Origin: an uncultured Acidobacteriota bacterium
GTDB lineage: Bacteria; Acidobacteriota; Terriglobia; UBA7540
Direction: 5' to 3'
DNA: 64,000 nucleotides
NCBI GenBank assembly: GCA_963804995.1
Contig: CAWDSK010000003.1
Span: forward strand, 64,001-128,000
Part shown: piece after piece, positions 19,701-30,533 of the stretch
Layout: each line of letters opens with the position of its first letter
How positions within the stretch are numbered: position 1 is the stretch's first letter
Made by a program: the position numbers and the translations under genes
The notes under the pieces: generated by a model
Database searches by the model: none
The model's input: the letters and a program-made list of their open reading frames with translations, nothing else
Told to the model about the DNA's origin: nothing

Positions 19701-20912
19701 ATGCAAAACTTTTCAGAACTACCCCTCTCCTCCTACATGCAGGAGAGATTAACCGCGGCGGGCTTTTCCGAGCCGACGCCGGTACAGGCCGCGGCAATCC
19801 CGCAGGCCCTCGAAGGCCATGATTTACTGGCCACCGCTCAAACCGGAACCGGGAAGACCCTGGCGTTTCTGATCCCCGTGATTGAGAAACTCCTCAAAAA
19901 AAGGACACCCGGAATCGCCGCCCTTGTGCTGGTTCCCACGCGCGAACTGGCCATGCAAGTGGTCGATGTGTACAACGTTTTACGGGGAAAATCGCTCTCC
20001 CCCGCCACACTAGTGGTGGGCGGCTTGCCTGAAGGCGCTCAGCTCAATGCCCTTCGCAAGGGAGCTCGCCTGGTCGTTGCGACTCCGGGTCGCTTGGAGG
20101 ATTTTCTTGGTCGCAGGCTCGTCCAACTGGGCGCCGTTGAGACACTTGTGCTCGATGAAGCGGACCGCATGCTGGACATGGGATTTCTTCCCGCCATTCG
20201 CAGGATTGCGTCCGTGCTGCCCAAAGAACGGCAGACGCTGTGCTTCTGTGCGACGCTGGAAGGATCGGTGGCGCACCTGGTGAAGGACTACACGCGAAAC
20301 CCGGTGCGGCTGGCCTTCGGGTCCACGCTCAAGCCTTCGGAGAATGTGCGGCTGCAGGCGTACGAAGTGGACCTCCATGGTAAACCGGAATTGCTGCACC
20401 GCTTGCTCTCCAAAGAAAGCGGCCGCTGCCTGGTATTTTCGCGCACCAAGCGCGGCGTAGAGCGGATTGCCATCAGCCTGAATCGGATGGGCATCAACGC
20501 GGCGATGATCCACGGTGACCGCACGCAACCGCAGCGCTCGGCAGCGCTTGCAGGATTTCAACAAGGACGCTACCAGGTGCTGGTGGCGACGGACGTGGCA
20601 GCGCGCGGAATTCACGTCCAGGATATCGCCCACGTCATCAACTACGATTTGCCGGATATCGCTGAGAGCTTCATCCATCGCGTGGGACGCACCGGGCGCG
20701 CCAGCAAGCGGGGCGTCGCCTCCACCCTGATCATGCAGGATCAACGCACCGAGCTGTTCCAATTGGAACGCACGCTGGGCATTCGCATGGAAAGAATGCA
20801 GGCGGATCACGACTTCGAGAGGACGGATCGGGCGGAGAGCGGCATGGGGAACGTCCCATCGCCTCTCAAGCGCAGCATCGTTCAGCTTCCGGGAGAGTTC
20901 CTGCAAGCGTAG
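19701..20912 (+). CDS. DEAD-box RNA helicase (RhlE-like)
   Basis: Q motif, AQTGTGKT, PTRELA, TPGRL, DEAD, CAT in place of SAT, ARGI, HRVGRTGRA. Confidence 0.93.
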   Translation: MQNFSELPLSSYMQERLTAAGFSEPTPVQAAAIPQALEGHDLLATAQTGTGKTLAFLIPVIEKLLKKRTPGIAALVLVPTRELAMQVVDVYNVLRGKSLSPATLVVGGLPEGAQLNALRKGARLVVATPGRLEDFLGRRLVQLGAVETLVLDEADRMLDMGFLPAIRRIASVLPKERQTLCFCATLEGSVAHLVKDYTRNPVRLAFGSTLKPSENVRLQAYEVDLHGKPELLHRLLSKESGRCLVFSRTKRGVERIAISLNRMGINAAMIHGDRTQPQRSAALAGFQQGRYQVLVATDVAARGIHVQDIAHVINYDLPDIAESFIHRVGRTGRASKRGVASTLIMQDQRTELFQLERTLGIRMERMQADHDFERTDRAESGMGNVPSPLKRSIVQLPGEFLQA

Positions 20913-21284
20913 GGGAGGCGGCTTTGGGTAAGTGGTCAATTTGATGCCGTAGCGGCGAGTTTATCTCGCCAAAGGGTGGCGCAACGCCACCTCCAGATCA
21001 AATTGCACCACCGCTCGGCCTTAAGGATATCCGTCCAAAATATGGCAAGCTGGTGTAGAATAGTAATGTTCAGTTTTGGACAGTAGGTGTCGTGCGACCG
21101 GCGAGCATTGCAACCCTCAGCATCAAGACCATTACAGGCACTGTCGCCCATAGTCAACTTTGGTCGATTTCCACGAATTGTCCATCTGTTCTTATGAGAG
21201 GGACGCCTACGCCCTCTTATCTAGTAGCGTAGCGTCTTAAGAAACGGAAAGCTGATCCCAGCCGGCCGTTGAGAGGAGATAAAC

Positions 21285-23000
21285 TTGTCGTTGGCGCGTC
21301 AGGAACAGTACGACCGGGTCCGCAGCCTCATCAATCTCGGCAAGAACCGCGGCTATGTCCTTTTTGACGAAGTGAACGACCTCCTGCCAAGCGAGACTCA
21401 CACCACGGCGGAGATCGAAAGCTTGTTCTCCGCTTTCGAGCGCGACAACATCCACGTCTACGAAGATGCTTCTGCAGCGAAGGCTGCGCACGAGGGGCAT
21501 GGGGTTGGTGAACCCGTGGATTTCGAAGCGCGGGAAGGTCCTGCTCACGATGAAGAGGGTGAGATCGATGAGACCGTACACCTGCTGGACAGGACCAGCG
21601 ACCCGGTGCGGGTATACCTCCGCGAAATGGGCAGCGTCCCGCTATTAAAGCGTGAAGGCGAGGTGGCCATCGCCAAACGCATGGAGCGCGGCCACCGTCT
21701 GGTGCTCAAAGCAATTTCCCGTTCTCCACTGGTGCTCAAAGAGCTCATCGAAGTTGGCACGCAACTGCGCAAAGGTACGCGTTCAATTCGCGAGATTGTC
21801 CAGTTTGATGAAGAGGAATTGACAGCAGAGAAAATCGCGCAAAAGACTCGCCTCACGCTGCGGGCCATCGATAAGATTGAGAAGCTCTATGCGGTAGGGC
21901 TAAGTCAGGCGGCACGGCTCAGTGGCATTCCGAAGTCGAGCCCCCGTGCCCACCTGCGGGCGCGTCACCGCCTGGCGCGGACGCGGGTTGAGATGTCGCG
22001 GCTGGCTCGCTCCATCAGGTTCCACCCCATCGAAAAGAAGCGGCTGATTGACAAGTTGCGACACACGGTGGAGCGGATTGATTCGTTGGGGCGTGAGTCC
22101 GCCCGGCTGGAGCGTCGTGCCGGCACCGCCCATGGTAAGGTTGCCGCCTCACGCAAGGATCTGCGTTCGCACCGTTCGCAGCTAAAACAGATCGAAGAAG
22201 CGAGTGGGGTCGGTCTTACCGCCCTGAAGCGTTCGCTGGTTCAGATCCGGCGCGGTGAGGCCGAAGCCGAACGAGCCAAGAAGGAACTGACCGAGGCCAA
22301 CCTTCGCCTGGTGGTGGCCATCGCCAAGAAATACGCAAATCGGGGCCTGGAGTTTCTGGACTTGATCCAGGAAGGCAATATTGGCCTGATGCGGGGAGCG
22401 GACAAGTTCGACTGGCGCCGCGGATACAAGTTCTCCACCTATGCCACCTGGTGGATTCGTCAGGCGGTCACGCGTGCCATTGCCGACAAGGCGCGTACGA
22501 TTCGCGTGCCTGTGCACATGTACGGGACCATCAATAAGCAGATTCGGACCAGCCGGCAGCTCGTGCAGGAGTTGGGCCGCGAACCCACCACCGAAGAGAT
22601 CGCCCAGCGCTTGGAAGTCGATGTCGAAAAGGTGACGAGCACCAAAAGGGTCGCACAACAACCCGTGTCTTTGGAGACACCCATTGGGAAGGATGGCGAG
22701 TCAGACCTGGGTGACTTGATCGAGGACAAGGCATTTATATCGCCGTCGGACGCGGCCATCCACCTCAACTTGAAGGAACAGATGGCCTCCATGCTGAAGA
22801 CTCTCACGGCGCGCGAGGAAGCAATTATCCGCATGCGGTTTGGCCTGGATGATGGCAGCGAATGCACGCTGGAGGAAGTCGGGCGGACCTTCGCCGTTAC
22901 GCGCGAGCGCATCCGTCAGATCGAAGCCTCCGTGTTGCGAAAACTCCGCCATCCCTCACGGTCGGGCCATTTCCGACTGTTCGTGCAAAGCTCTTTGTAA
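21285..23000 (+). CDS. rpoD: RpoD-like sigma70 factor (probable secondary copy)
   Basis: Region 1.1, [12 protein letters not shown] (1.2), [54 protein letters not shown] start after AGGAG. Confidence 0.88.
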   Translation: MSLARQEQYDRVRSLINLGKNRGYVLFDEVNDLLPSETHTTAEIESLFSAFERDNIHVYEDASAAKAAHEGHGVGEPVDFEAREGPAHDEEGEIDETVHLLDRTSDPVRVYLREMGSVPLLKREGEVAIAKRMERGHRLVLKAISRSPLVLKELIEVGTQLRKGTRSIREIVQFDEEELTAEKIAQKTRLTLRAIDKIEKLYAVGLSQAARLSGIPKSSPRAHLRARHRLARTRVEMSRLARSIRFHPIEKKRLIDKLRHTVERIDSLGRESARLERRAGTAHGKVAASRKDLRSHRSQLKQIEEASGVGLTALKRSLVQIRRGEAEAERAKKELTEANLRLVVAIAKKYANRGLEFLDLIQEGNIGLMRGADKFDWRRGYKFSTYATWWIRQAVTRAIADKARTIRVPVHMYGTINKQIRTSRQLVQELGREPTTEEIAQRLEVDVEKVTSTKRVAQQPVSLETPIGKDGESDLGDLIEDKAFISPSDAAIHLNLKEQMASMLKTLTAREEAIIRMRFGLDDGSECTLEEVGRTFAVTRERIRQIEASVLRKLRHPSRSGHFRLFVQSSL

Positions 23001-23076
23001 GATAATCCTGTGGCCGGCTGCGGCAAGGTTCGAAACTGCTCGCCTCCGGCACTATGAGGTAATAGAGGAAAAGAAA

Positions 23077-23433
23077 ATGAAAAACCTTTTTGTTGGAAAC
23101 ATGAGCTTCCAAACAACGGAAGGCGATCTGACCGACCTGTTCAAAGCGTATGGGCAGGTCACACGTGTCCACATCGCGATGGATCGGGAGACCGGGCGCG
23201 CCCGCGGTTTTGCCTTCGTCGAAATGCCCAATGACGAAGAAGCGGCCAAGGCGATTGCTGGCCTTAACGGAAAAGAGCTGGGGGGCCGCGCGCTTAAGGT
23301 GAACGAAGCCCGTCCCAAGGCTGAACGGAGCGGGCCGCCACGCAGCAGTGGGGGTGGAGGCCGAAAAGGGGGCGGATTCTCCAACGAAGATTACCGCGAA
23401 GCCCCGCGCCAGCCGCGCGAACCTCGCTGGTAG
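23077..23433 (+). CDS. RRM RNA-binding protein with Gly-rich tail
   Basis: RNP2 LFVGNM, RNP1 RGFAFVEM, LKVNEARP. Confidence 0.93.
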   Translation: MKNLFVGNMSFQTTEGDLTDLFKAYGQVTRVHIAMDRETGRARGFAFVEMPNDEEAAKAIAGLNGKELGGRALKVNEARPKAERSGPPRSSGGGGRKGGGFSNEDYREAPRQPREPRW

Positions 23434-23490
23434 TCACAAACGAAGCGGCGGGGAAATCGCCCGCTTACATTCGGATTCGAAGGAGGATCG

Positions 23491-23688
23491 ATGGCCACTA
23501 CGTTCCTGAAACGTCAGAAAGAAATGAAGAGATTGGAAAAGCAACGCGAGAAGGCGGCGCGCCGCGCCCAGAAGAAACTTACCAAGGGCATGCAACCGGA
23601 ACCTTCGTCCGATGACTTGACTGCCGCCGAAATGGACGCCTTGGGACTCATCCCGGCTGTACCCTCTGAGTCTGAGCCGCATAGCTAA
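23491..23688 (+). CDS. Small basic hypothetical protein
   Basis: AAGGAGG RBS; TFLKRQKEMKRLEKQREKAARR. Confidence 0.7.
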   Translation: MATTFLKRQKEMKRLEKQREKAARRAQKKLTKGMQPEPSSDDLTAAEMDALGLIPAVPSESEPHS

Positions 23689-24010
23689 TCCCGGGGGCGG
23701 CTCTCTCTTCTCTCATTGCGGCGTCCAATCCACTCACGGCAGCGCTTTTCAACCTCGTGTCAGCACAGGGCCATAGACGTCGTTTCTTGCCGGTCCGACT
23801 TTCCTTTACATCGTCGCATGATAAGGTCCAGGCTACGCCCCGCCATGGCTCCGCGAGTGCCAAGGCTCAGGGGTGACATTCACGCTGGGCGCGGTCGCAC
23901 CGAGTAGGCCCCCGATCGTCGCGTCAACAACGCTGTAACTTGCCCCTGGCTCCCCTGTTCACAACCCTGCGCCAATCGGTGGTAGAGTATCCCGGAAGCC
24001 GGGGGGACTA

Positions 24011-25051
24011 GTGCCTGACGCCAAAGTGGATGTGGTCGGACTGGGGTTGAACGCCACCGACACGGTCCTGACAGTTAGCGAGTTCCCTGCCCTGGGAGGC
24101 AAAAAGCGCGTGGCGGGATCTTCGATGCAGGCCGGCGGGCAGGTAGCAACCGCGCTCGTCACCTGCCGGCGGCTGGGATTGCGGGCACGCTACATCGGCA
24201 AAGTCGGCGACGATCCAGCCGGGCGCTTTCAGCTTGCCAGCCTGCGAAGCGAGGGTTTGGACCTTGCTCATCTGCGGGTAGTGAACGGGGCTCCGAACCA
24301 GTTCGCTTTCATCGTAGTTGACCAGACGAGTGGCGAACGCACCATCTTTTGGGACCGCGACCCGAGGCTGGCCGTCCACCCCGAGGAATTGAGACCCGCC
24401 GCAATCACCCACGCGCGCGCCCTGCTGCTCGACGGCTGCGATGTGGAAACTTGCATCGTGGCGGCGCGTTGGGCTCGCCGGGCGCGCATTCCGGTGGTGG
24501 CAGACCTCGACACGGTCTACAAACAAGTCGAGAAGCTTTTCCCCTACATCGATTACCTGATCGCCTCGACGGATTTCCTTCCCGCGCTCACCGGCCACAC
24601 CGACCCCCGGAAGATGCTCGAATACATGGCCCGTGAGTACCGGGTGCCCGCACCCGGCATGACACTCGGCCGCAACGGAGCGCTCGTCTACCAGGCGGGC
24701 AACTTCCATTATTCGCCGGGCTTTGTCGTCAAAACCGTGGACACTACGGGCGCGGGTGACGTCTTCCGCGGAGCGTTCATCTATGGATTGCTGGCCGGTT
24801 GGGAAATCGCGCGTGTCCTGGATTTCTCAAACGCCATGGCCGCGCTGAATTGCACGGCGCTCGGAGCGCGGGGCGGCATCAAATCACAGGCGGAGGCCGA
24901 GCAACTAATGGCTACAGGCGCGCGGCGTGTGGACCCTGCGTATCAAAATGTGCCTGCGCGTGGCAGCCGACGGAAAGCCGCCACGTCCATTCCCGTCAAG
25001 TCACAGGGTCGATCTGGTGAACGACGGGGAGGAGAGAAACCTAACGCCTAA
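24011..25051 (+). CDS. PfkB-family carbohydrate kinase
   Basis: GGQVATA, YIGKVGDD, VDTTGAGDVF. Confidence 0.92.
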   Translation: MPDAKVDVVGLGLNATDTVLTVSEFPALGGKKRVAGSSMQAGGQVATALVTCRRLGLRARYIGKVGDDPAGRFQLASLRSEGLDLAHLRVVNGAPNQFAFIVVDQTSGERTIFWDRDPRLAVHPEELRPAAITHARALLLDGCDVETCIVAARWARRARIPVVADLDTVYKQVEKLFPYIDYLIASTDFLPALTGHTDPRKMLEYMAREYRVPAPGMTLGRNGALVYQAGNFHYSPGFVVKTVDTTGAGDVFRGAFIYGLLAGWEIARVLDFSNAMAALNCTALGARGGIKSQAEAEQLMATGARRVDPAYQNVPARGSRRKAATSIPVKSQGRSGERRGGEKPNA

Positions 25052-25064
25052 CGGAGGCTTGACG

Positions 25065-25901
25065 ATGCCTGATCCGGAGAGCGGAAGCAACACCACGACT
25101 GACGCGACACCCGGAAACTTTGCGCTCATTACCGGCGCCTCGAGCGGCATGGGCACGTGCTTTGCCCGTGCCCTCGCAGCGCGTGGCAAGAACCTGGTTC
25201 TGGTGGCGCGGTCGCGGGATAAGCTGGAAGCGCTGGCGCGTGAAATCAGCGCCCAGCATGCCCTGCGCATTGAAGTCATCGGGCAAGACCTTAGTGAAGT
25301 GGGCACGGCTCACCGTCTGGCGGCAACCCTCAGGGAACGTGGCATTGGCGTCGACTTGCTAGTCAACAATGCAGGCTTTGGGGCGCATGGTAGGTTCTGG
25401 GAACTCGCGCTCGATCGCCAATCGGAAATGCTTCGCCTGAATGTTGTGGCGCTCACCGAGCTGACTCATTTGCTTCTGCCGCCCATGATTGCACAACGCC
25501 GCGGAGGGATCATCAACGTCTCCTCCACGGCCAGCTTCCAGCCGGTACCCTTTACAAGCCTTTATGCGGCCACAAAAGCCTTTGTTACCAGCTTCTCGAT
25601 GGCGCTTGCCGAAGAAGTGAGCGAATATGGTGTGAAAGTTGTAGCGCTTTGCCCAGGCGGCACCGCCACCAATTTCTTCGACAACAGCCAGTATAGCAAA
25701 CGCGATTTCCCGGGCGGGCTCCAGGCGCCGGAGGAGGTCGTAGCGGTCGGTTTGCGTGCCCTCGACCGGGGCCGCAGCCTCGCCATCCCGCGCCTCATCA
25801 ATCGGCTGATGGTCTTTTCACTGCGACTTGCGCCGCGTCGCCTGGTGGCACAGCAAGCGGGCGACATGTTCCGCCCCAAACGTTCCCAGCAAGGAAAGTG
25901 A
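25065..25901 (+). CDS. Short-chain dehydrogenase/reductase
   Basis: TGASSGMG, NNAG, NVSS, YAATK. Confidence 0.92.
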   Translation: MPDPESGSNTTTDATPGNFALITGASSGMGTCFARALAARGKNLVLVARSRDKLEALAREISAQHALRIEVIGQDLSEVGTAHRLAATLRERGIGVDLLVNNAGFGAHGRFWELALDRQSEMLRLNVVALTELTHLLLPPMIAQRRGGIINVSSTASFQPVPFTSLYAATKAFVTSFSMALAEEVSEYGVKVVALCPGGTATNFFDNSQYSKRDFPGGLQAPEEVVAVGLRALDRGRSLAIPRLINRLMVFSLRLAPRRLVAQQAGDMFRPKRSQQGK

Positions 25902-26022
25902 AGGCTTCAGACACTTGCGGGATGTGGTAACTTAGCCGCAAGCCCCTCTTGGAAAATCACAGTGCCGCAGGCGCGCTGACACGTGGGCAGACTGCGGACG
26001 CGGACTCTGAGGGGAGGATCAA

Positions 26023-28029
26023 ATGCTCAAGCGTTTCCCTGGTCTTTTCTGCACGCTTCTGCTGGCCGTTGTTTCGAGCCCGGTCACCCTTTCCCCTGCC
26101 CAAGGGGAAACCCCGACGCCCACGACCGAACAGATTCTTTCCTACCACAGCGACATCACGGTCAACCCGGACTCAACGCTCCTGGTACACGAGACGATTT
26201 CGGTGTATGGCATGGGCGCGAAGATCAAGCACGGTATTTACCGCGACTTCCCCACCGCGTACCACGACCGCTTTGGCAACCCCTACCTCATCCATTTCGA
26301 AGTTGTGTCCGTGGAGCGGGACGGGCAGCCGGAGGACTACCACCTCGAGAAGATGTCGAATGGTCTGCGCGTGTACATAGGCAAGAGCCGAGAACTGGTT
26401 TCATCCGGCCAACACACCTATGACCTTACCTACTCGGTGAATCGGGAGCTCGGGTTCTTCTCTGACCACGACGAGCTTTACTGGAATGTGGCGGGCAACG
26501 GCTGGGTATTCACCATTCAGGAGGCTTCTGCCGAGGTCCATTTGCCAAAGGGGATCGCCAGCAAAGCCATTCTGCTGGACGCCTATACGGGGCCGCAGGG
26601 TTCGGCCGGGAACGATTTCGAAGCGTCTGCCGATGACCAAAGCAACGCCGATTTTCATACCACGCGCCCCTTGGGGCCGCATGAGGGGCTGACCATCGTG
26701 GTGCGCTGGCCCAAGGGGTTTGTGCACCCGCCCACGAGTGACCAGGAATTCCAGTACTTCCTTTCAGACAACCGACCCACGCTGCTGGGATTGATCGGGC
26801 TGATCGTGGCGCTCCTTTACTACACCGTCGCCTGGTTTCTGGTGGGGCGCGATCCTGAGGCGGGCGTGATCATGCCCAGGTACGAGCCACCCCACGGATT
26901 CTCACCCGGCGCGATTCGCTACGTGAACCGCATGGCCTTCGACCAGAAAGCGATGGTCGCCAACCTCATGGACCTGGCAGTAAAGAAACAACTGACCATC
27001 CAGGAGGATGCCTCCGGCGTCTATACCCTGACCCGCTTGAGTGCGGTCGCGCCGCCCGCCGTCAAGCCCGCCCGCTGGGGCGTCGGTTCCCAAAGCGAGA
27101 TAACGGCCGACGAGCAAGCCATCCTGGATAAGCTCTTCGCGACAAGCGGAACGATTCGCCTGGAACGGGCGAACCACGCACGGGTGGGCGGCGCCATCGA
27201 AGCGCTCCATGCTAAACTGCGGACCACCCTGGAGAAGGTTTACTTCGTGACGAACGGCCCCTACCTGATTCCTGGGCTGCTGATTTCTTTGGCCACCATC
27301 GTCTGGTGCGGATTCTCAATTCAGGGAGAGCGGAGATACCCCGCCATTTTTATGACGGTTTGGCTGCTGGGCTGGAGCGTGGGCTGCGCGGCGCTGGCCG
27401 CTGGGGTAATTGCCGCCTGGAGAAATGCCCTCACTGATCCTCACCACAAAGCTTCGGCATGGACACAGGCCGCGTTCATCAGTGCATTCTCCATTCCGTT
27501 CTTCATCGGCGAGATCGTCGGGCTGGGTGTGCTGGTATGGGCCGCTTCCCCCCTGGTGGCCTTGATCCTGATTGTTCTGGTTCTGATCAACTTCCTATTC
27601 CACCACCTCCTCAAGGCGCCGACCCACTCAGGCCGCGTGCTGCTGGACCAGATTGAGGGCTTCCGCATGTTCCTGGCCGCGGTGGAGAAGGACCGTAACA
27701 AGGCTTTGATCACACCCACACCGACGCCCGATTTGTTCGAGAAGTTCCTCCCGTACGCCATGGCGCTGAATGTGGAGAAAGTGTGGAGCGAGAAATTTGC
27801 GAACGTGCTGGCGCAGGCCTCGAAGGCCGGAGCCACTCCCTACACGCCCGGCTGGTACTCAGGACCGAACTGGGATCCCCTGAACACTTCGGCGTTCGCA
27901 ACGGCAATGGGCAGCTCGTTTTCGAGCGCCGTCGCGTCCTCAGCCACGGCACCCGGTTCAAGTTCAGGAGGCGGTGGAGGAGGCTCTTCAGGAGGTGGAG
28001 GCGGCGGAGGCGGGGGCGGCGGGTGGTAA
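26023..28029 (+). CDS. DUF2207-family membrane protein
   Basis: Signal peptide, HGIYRDFP, DELYWNV.G, DAYTG, FEKFLPYAMAL, C-terminal GGGGGGGW. Confidence 0.9.
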   Translation: MLKRFPGLFCTLLLAVVSSPVTLSPAQGETPTPTTEQILSYHSDITVNPDSTLLVHETISVYGMGAKIKHGIYRDFPTAYHDRFGNPYLIHFEVVSVERDGQPEDYHLEKMSNGLRVYIGKSRELVSSGQHTYDLTYSVNRELGFFSDHDELYWNVAGNGWVFTIQEASAEVHLPKGIASKAILLDAYTGPQGSAGNDFEASADDQSNADFHTTRPLGPHEGLTIVVRWPKGFVHPPTSDQEFQYFLSDNRPTLLGLIGLIVALLYYTVAWFLVGRDPEAGVIMPRYEPPHGFSPGAIRYVNRMAFDQKAMVANLMDLAVKKQLTIQEDASGVYTLTRLSAVAPPAVKPARWGVGSQSEITADEQAILDKLFATSGTIRLERANHARVGGAIEALHAKLRTTLEKVYFVTNGPYLIPGLLISLATIVWCGFSIQGERRYPAIFMTVWLLGWSVGCAALAAGVIAAWRNALTDPHHKASAWTQAAFISAFSIPFFIGEIVGLGVLVWAASPLVALILIVLVLINFLFHHLLKAPTHSGRVLLDQIEGFRMFLAAVEKDRNKALITPTPTPDLFEKFLPYAMALNVEKVWSEKFANVLAQASKAGATPYTPGWYSGPNWDPLNTSAFATAMGSSFSSAVASSATAPGSSSGGGGGGSSGGGGGGGGGGGW

Positions 28030-28054
28030 CACTATCGAAGGAAGAAGACCACGG

Positions 28055-28285
28055 TTATGAGGATGGAGGAAGGGGGTCGCCGTGATCGAGACAGGATTCA
28101 ACGATCCTTCGCGCCAGTCCCTGGGCAATCTCCACCGCTTCCGTGACGCTGCGCCCCTCAGCGACCAAGCCGGGCACATCGGGACTCGTTGCCACATACC
28201 CGCCTCCCTCGAGCGCTTCGATCCGCAACCGAATCGGAACTTCGTCCACCGGCGCGACCCTTTCCTGACGCTTTCCCTTTGGCAT
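28055..28285 (-). CDS. hicB: HicB-family antitoxin (orphan, short)
   Basis: GGYVATSPDVPGLVAEGRSVTEA...GDPLP partial RNase H fold; no hicA nearby. Confidence 0.75.
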   Translation of the reverse strand: MPKGKRQERVAPVDEVPIRLRIEALEGGGYVATSPDVPGLVAEGRSVTEAVEIAQGLARRIVESCLDHGDPLPPSS

Positions 28286-28361
28286 GTCTTGGCTCCCCAG
28301 CGACGGTTCCAATTCTAACAGACGCATCGCGTGTGAGGTATTGTGACCTGGAGGCAGCCAC

Positions 28362-28417
28362 GGCCAATTCGTCTTGGGAATTAACCGTGGGTTCGTCATC
28401 GAAGGAAACGCCCACGG
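28362..28417. repeat. Structured intergenic repeat A, copy 1
   Basis: CAATTC-loop-GAATT followed by CCGTGGG-loop-CCCACGG; homologs at 30271 and 30996. Confidence 0.75.
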
Positions 28418-28448
28418 CCACAAAAGCGCTGAGCGCGCGCAGACCCTC

Positions 28449-28477
28449 TTGACATGCGTTACGTAACGCATTACAGT
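28449..28477 (+). promoter_or_regulatory. higBA promoter with palindromic operator
   Basis: TTGACA-17-TACAGT; perfect palindrome ATGCGTTACGTAACGCAT (28454-28471) fills the spacer. Confidence 0.8.
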
Positions 28478-28483
28478 AGAGGA

Positions 28484-28762
28484 ATGATCCGGTCGATCCG
28501 CCACAAGGGGCTGAAACGCCTTCACGACGACGATGACCCGCGCGGCGTGATGAGCGAACACGTGGTGAAGTTACGTGACATTCTCGCACGGCTCGATGCA
28601 GCCGGTACGATTGCGGATATGGACGTGCTAGGATTCCGGTTGCATCCCCTGAAGGGCGAGTACAAGGGTTATTGGGCCGTGACGGTTCGCGCGAATTGGC
28701 GGGTGACTTTCCGCTTTGCCGACCGCGACGTGCTGGACGTTGATTATGTCGATTACCACTGA
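28484..28762 (+). CDS. higB: HigB (RelE/ParE superfamily) toxin
   Basis: MIRSIRHKGLKRL...GFRLHPLKG...WAVTVRANWRVTFRF...VDYVDYH. Confidence 0.92.
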   Translation: MIRSIRHKGLKRLHDDDDPRGVMSEHVVKLRDILARLDAAGTIADMDVLGFRLHPLKGEYKGYWAVTVRANWRVTFRFADRDVLDVDYVDYH

Positions 28763-28777
28763 GAGGAGACTGAAACC

Positions 28778-29074
28778 ATGCCGATGAAGAATCCACCCCA
28801 CCCCGGCGGATTTGTGCTGCGCCAGTGTATTGAGCCTTTGGGCTTGACGATCACGACCGCGGCTGCCGCGCTCGGAGTCACGCGCACGACCCTGTCAGAG
28901 TTGGTGAACGAGAAGCGCGGGATTTCTCCGGAAATGGCCGTGAGGCTGTCGAAGGTTTTCGGAGGCAGTGCCGAAGTCTGGCTTACGCAGCAGGCGCACT
29001 ACGACCTTGCCCAGGTTCACGCCGACCGCATCAAGCTCAAGCGGCTGGAAGCGACTGTGGGTGTGTCATCATAG
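28778..29074 (+). CDS. higA: HigA antitoxin (Xre HTH)
   Basis: MKNPPHPG...[30 protein letters not shown]. Confidence 0.93.
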   Translation: MPMKNPPHPGGFVLRQCIEPLGLTITTAAAALGVTRTTLSELVNEKRGISPEMAVRLSKVFGGSAEVWLTQQAHYDLAQVHADRIKLKRLEATVGVSS

Positions 29075-29255
29075 GAAAAGCCAACGGGCACTAAAGCTGG
29101 TAGCCGCGGTCAGCGCGTTCTTGACCGCGGGCTCTTCCTTGCAACAACGTAGACTTCTGTTGAGGATTGGGCGCAGCGAATCGGGGATGCACGCCTGAGA
29201 AAAGCCCCCGGGAAGAGCCGCAGAGCTTGAAAACCGGCTCTGCGCCAGCCCCGTC

Positions 29256-29352
29256 GTAGGGGGACGGCTCGCCGTCCCCTGGTTCCGCATTCACCCTGCG
29301 GAACGCCGGGTAGGGCAACCTGTCCCGACGAAGTCGGGAGCCCTACCCCTAC
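29256..29352. repeat. GTAG...CTAC REP doublet
   Basis: GTAGGGGGACGGCTCGCCGTCCCCT ... GCCCTACCCCTAC, with inner TCCCGACGAAGTCGGGA hairpin. Confidence 0.7.
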
Positions 29353-29483
29353 ATCTCTCGATTGCCTTCACCCGTTCGAACGGCGCCTGAGGTTGGGCGC
29401 AATGGGTGAGAAGGGCCATTGCACTTCACTTGGTGACAGAAGGCCCCATATCCGGTATTGTGGAAGAAGAAGGAGCCGCAGCG

Positions 29484-29735
29484 ATGACTATCGAAATTCA
29501 GAGACCGGAACTCGAAGCCCTCATCCAAGAACGGATGAAAAGCGGCGTCTTCGGGAGCGTTGAAGACGTTCTTATGCAGGCGTTGAAATCAGCCCCGCCG
29601 GTAACGGAATTATCCGGCGAAGCCGCCACCCGCACCGGCGCCGACCTGGTAGCCGCCATGCAGGCCTCGCCTTATCGAGAAATCGATCTTGAACCCCCCA
29701 GCGCCCGCCTACCGGTTCGAGGTGTTACGTTCTGA
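29484..29735 (+). CDS. Putative antitoxin of the VapC toxin
   Basis: AAGGAG RBS; MTIEIQRPELEALIQERMKSG.F.SVEDVL (RHH-like); TGATG overlap with vapC. Confidence 0.75.
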   Translation: MTIEIQRPELEALIQERMKSGVFGSVEDVLMQALKSAPPVTELSGEAATRTGADLVAAMQASPYREIDLEPPSARLPVRGVTF

Positions 29736-30160
29736 TGGCATGGCTTCTCGATACCAACGTTCTGTCAGAACTGCGCCGCCCAAAGCCGGAACCGAGAGTT
29801 GTAGATTTTGTTGACAGGTGCCCACTTGCCCAACTTTACGTCAGCGCGGTAACCCTTGCCGAGATCCGCTTCGGCATCGAGCTTGTTGACGAACCAAACC
29901 ACCGCGCCGAGTTGAATGACTGGCTCACCCACAAGGTGCGTCCGATGTTCGACCAGCGGATTCTCCAGGTCACCGAAGACATCATGCTCAAATGGCGGCT
30001 TTTGGTCGAGGAAGGCCGAAAGACTGGCCATACTTTCTCCCAGCCAGACTTGATTATCGCCGCGACTGCCATTCATCACGGCCTTACCGTGGTTACGCGT
30101 GATCGAAGCGATTACGACAAGGCACGTGTGCCTGTCGTCAATCCGTGGGACACGCCGTAA
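29735..30160 (+). CDS. vapC: VapC PIN-domain toxin
   Basis: LLDTNVLSE, AEI..G, DLIIAATA..HGLTVVTRD, VNPW. Confidence 0.93.
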   Translation: MAWLLDTNVLSELRRPKPEPRVVDFVDRCPLAQLYVSAVTLAEIRFGIELVDEPNHRAELNDWLTHKVRPMFDQRILQVTEDIMLKWRLLVEEGRKTGHTFSQPDLIIAATAIHHGLTVVTRDRSDYDKARVPVVNPWDTP

Positions 30161-30270
30161 CGTCCACCCGATTTCATTCCTGTCTATGGGCCGCAGAGAT
30201 TAAAGAGCGGCTCTGCGCCAGCCCGCCCCTTCGAACGGCGCGCGATGATGTGTGACGCGGAGGGGGCCGC

Positions 30271-30327
30271 GGCCAATTCGCCTTGGGAATTGACCGTGGG
30301 TTTGTCATCGAAGGGAGAGCCCACGGT
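30271..30327. repeat. Structured intergenic repeat A, copy 2
   Basis: GCCAATTCGCCTTGGGAATTGACCGTGGG...CCCACGGT. Confidence 0.75.
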
Positions 30328-30533
30328 AACGAGAGCAGTGACCGTGGCTACGTGCTAGCCGGCCCCGCTAGTTGACCTCTGGTATAAGTCTATATTCGTC
30401 AGAAATTGCCTTCCACCTCCCGAAGCCGATTTTTCCGAAAAACACTTCTTGAGTGAAAACCTGGACCAGCAGAGGGTCTATGTAGCCTGTCTCCTCCGGG
30501 ACTCCAAGAGCCAGAGCCGCTGTGCCATCGAAT

